A DNA stretch of 64,000 nucleotides. It comes from an uncultured Gemmatimonadaceae bacterium (GTDB taxonomy: Bacteria; Gemmatimonadota; Gemmatimonadetes; Gemmatimonadales; Gemmatimonadaceae). Shown here piece after piece: positions 62,117 through 64,000 of the stretch. Under the pieces are notes generated by a model. It made no database searches. It had not been told where the DNA came from and saw only the letters and a program-made list of their open reading frames with translations. The position numbers and the translations under genes were made by a program. Positions within the stretch are counted from its first letter, which is position 1, and each line of letters begins with the position of its first letter. The DNA is taken from NCBI GenBank assembly GCA_963761305.1, contig CAVXGK010000002.1, forward strand, positions 1,120,001 to 1,184,000. Reading direction: 5' to 3'.

Positions 62117-62914
62117 CTACCCCCGGTCGCGCGGCGCATTCGCGCGGAGTGGGACGAGCGCCGGCGCGCCGACCAGCGGATCGTGCGTGACGGTGAGGGG
62201 CCACTCGTACACGCGCTCGAGGATGTCGGGCCGCATGACGTCGGTCGGCGTCCCTTCGGCCGCGACCGTGCCGCGCTGCAGCAGCACCATGCGGTCGGCG
62301 AAGCGCGCGACGAGGTTCAACTGGTGGCTCACGAGCAGCACCGCTTGTCCCGCGCCGGCGAGGCGATGCAGCAGCTCGAACACGGCCATCTCGTGCGCCA
62401 CGTCGAGAAAAGCGGTCGGCTCGTCGAGGACGAGCGCTGCCCCGCCCTGCGCGAGTGCGCGGGCGAGACGCACGCGCTGCCACTCGCCGCCGGAGAGCGC
62501 GTCGATGCGGCGCGTCGTGAGCGATTCGACACCGGCTTCGCGGAGCGAGTCGGCGATCGCGCGATGATCCTCGGCGCCGGTGGCACGCCACACGCCGAGG
62601 TGCGGAAATCGGCCGAGTGCCACATAGTCGGCGACGGTCACGGGAAACGCGAGATCCTCGCGCTGGCTCACCACGGCGACACGCCTGGCGATGACGGGCC
62701 GCGAGAGCGACGCCAGCGAATCACCGTCGACGCTGATCGCGCCGCGCTGCACGCCGACGCGGCCGACGAGCGCGCGCACGAGCGTGCTCTTCCCGCTGCC
62801 GTTCGGGCCGACGACGGCGGTGATCGCGCCGCGGCGGGCCTCGAGCGACACGCCGGCCAGCGCGTCGACCTCGGATCGCGGATAGCGAACGGCGACGTCG
62901 TCGAAGCGAATCAC
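62117..62914 (-). CDS. Iron-siderophore/cobalamin ABC transporter ATP-binding protein
   Basis: GPNGSGKST, LGRFPH, LSGGEWQR, LVLDEPT..LD..H; true start GTG 62914 (GTGA overlap). Confidence 0.93.
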   Translation of the reverse strand: MIRFDDVAVRYPRSEVDALAGVSLEARRGAITAVVGPNGSGKSTLVRALVGRVGVQRGAISVDGDSLASLSRPVIARRVAVVSQREDLAFPVTVADYVALGRFPHLGVWRATGAEDHRAIADSLREAGVESLTTRRIDALSGGEWQRVRLARALAQGGAALVLDEPTAFLDVAHEMAVFELLHRLAGAGQAVLLVSHQLNLVARFADRMVLLQRGTVAAEGTPTDVMRPDILERVYEWPLTVTHDPLVGAPALVPLRANAPRDRG

Positions 62915-63876
62915 GTGAGTCGCCTGAGCTTGAGCAAAAAGAACGGCACGCCGACGAGCGCCGTCACCGCGCCGAGCGGCAGCTCGGCCGGCGGACGCAG
63001 CACGCGGGCGAGAAGATCCGCGATGACGACGAGCGTCGCACCGTTCAATGCGCTGCCGAGGAGCAGCGATCGGTGTCGTCGCAATCCGGTCGCGCGCGCA
63101 ATGTGAGGCACGACGAGTCCCACGAAGCCCACGAGTCCCGCCGCGGCCACCGTCGCCGCCGTGACCAGCGACGCGATCAACAACACCCGGCGCATCGACG
63201 CGTCGACGTCGAGCCCGAGGCCCGCCGCGGCTTCCTCGCCAAGAGAGAGAACGTCGATCTCGCGGCCGAGGAGAACGAGCGCGGCGCCGCCGACGCCGAC
63301 GTAGATCGCGAGCACGAGGATCTGCGACCACGTGCCCTCCGACGCCGAACCCATCATCCACCACAGCGAATTGCGCACGATGTTCGGCTCGGCGTTCGCC
63401 AGCACGACCATGATCGCCGCGTTGGCGAACGCGCCGACGACGACGCCCGCCATGAGAAGAATCTTCGGGTCGCCGCGCGCACCGGCGGCGCGAGCAACCA
63501 TGAACGCCGCGACCACGGCGATGATCGCGCCGACAAACGCGGCGAGCGGCACGAAAGCGGCCGCGAGCCCGGCGCTCACCGCGAGGACCGCGCCGACGGC
63601 TGCGCCGCCCGACACGCCGAGGAGGTACGGTTCGGCGAGCGGATTGCGCATCACGCCTTGCAGCGCGCCGCCGGACATGCCGAGTCCCGCGCCGACGAGC
63701 GCCGCGAGCACGACGCGCGGCAGTCGAAGCCCGCGCACGATGAACGACGCGTCGCCGATGCCGCGCAGTCCGTCCCACACCTGTGAAGGCGAGAGACGAA
63801 TGGTGCCGATGGCAAGACCCAGAACTCCGGCGACGATCAGCGCTGCGACGAGGACCGCCCAGCGAGACGCGCGCAT
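62911..63876 (-). CDS. FecCD/BtuC-family ABC permease
   Basis: LRLPR, QGVMRNPLAEPYLLGVSGGA, LGEEAAAGLG, GFVGLVVPH, ELPLG. Confidence 0.94.
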   Translation of the reverse strand: MRASRWAVLVAALIVAGVLGLAIGTIRLSPSQVWDGLRGIGDASFIVRGLRLPRVVLAALVGAGLGMSGGALQGVMRNPLAEPYLLGVSGGAAVGAVLAVSAGLAAAFVPLAAFVGAIIAVVAAFMVARAAGARGDPKILLMAGVVVGAFANAAIMVVLANAEPNIVRNSLWWMMGSASEGTWSQILVLAIYVGVGGAALVLLGREIDVLSLGEEAAAGLGLDVDASMRRVLLIASLVTAATVAAAGLVGFVGLVVPHIARATGLRRHRSLLLGSALNGATLVVIADLLARVLRPPAELPLGAVTALVGVPFFLLKLRRLT

Positions 63877-63879
63877 TCG

Positions 63880-64000
63880 CTAACGAACCGCGCCCGGATG
63901 CAACAGGTCAGCGAGTGAACGCGCCGCGGCGCCGAGCGTGACGGACGGACGTCCGACGAGCGTCGTGTCGTACACGAGCACGTGGTTCTGCCGAACAGCG
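63880..64000 (-). CDS. Partial periplasmic binding protein (BtuF-like), C-terminus
   Basis: AVRQNHVLVYDTTLVGRPSVTLGAAARSLADLLHPGAVR*; operon context. Confidence 0.75.
   Translation of the reverse strand, partial: AVRQNHVLVYDTTLVGRPSVTLGAAARSLADLLHPGAVR

Noticed and set aside
62117..63778. 553-aa extended ABC ATPase, and likewise the 1025-aa kinase at 20290..23367
   Set aside because: The N-terminal extensions overlap upstream genes in another frame; true starts are at the 4-nt overlaps (62914 and 22914).

Overview
High-GC bacterial window. Gene content (many Hanks-type Ser/Thr kinases with GxGGMATVY/HRDIKPEN, Ig-like lipoproteins, an ECF43-like sigma factor) suggests Gemmatimonadota; this is inference only. 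Left arm (1-19.9 kb): end of a CBS-domain gene, TPR protein, MarR, LVIVD/DUF305 pair, ABC exporter, LssY-C and DUF5686-like genes, a 21-bp tandem array, an ECF sigma coupled to a kinase-like partner that lacks the kinase domain, and a heavily frameshifted M16 peptidase. Middle: a ~27 kb variable block between tRNA-Ser(GGA) and tRNA-Ser(CGA). It holds six intact Ser/Thr kinases (four in one overlapping operon), two kinase relics, a lipoprotein cluster and a complete IS3 element with a TAC target duplication. Right arm is housekeeping-like: tadA, a cNMP-binding thioredoxin-reductase-like gene, clpB, selB, recO and an iron/B12 ABC importer. Best candidate discovery: an SRPBCC/START-family gene (40194-40652) with an in-frame TGA followed after 11 nt by a SECIS-like hairpin, in a genome encoding SelB, i.e. 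a probable selenoprotein that the ORF track truncates. All family calls are by eye; no database searches were run, and some frameshifts may be assembly errors.
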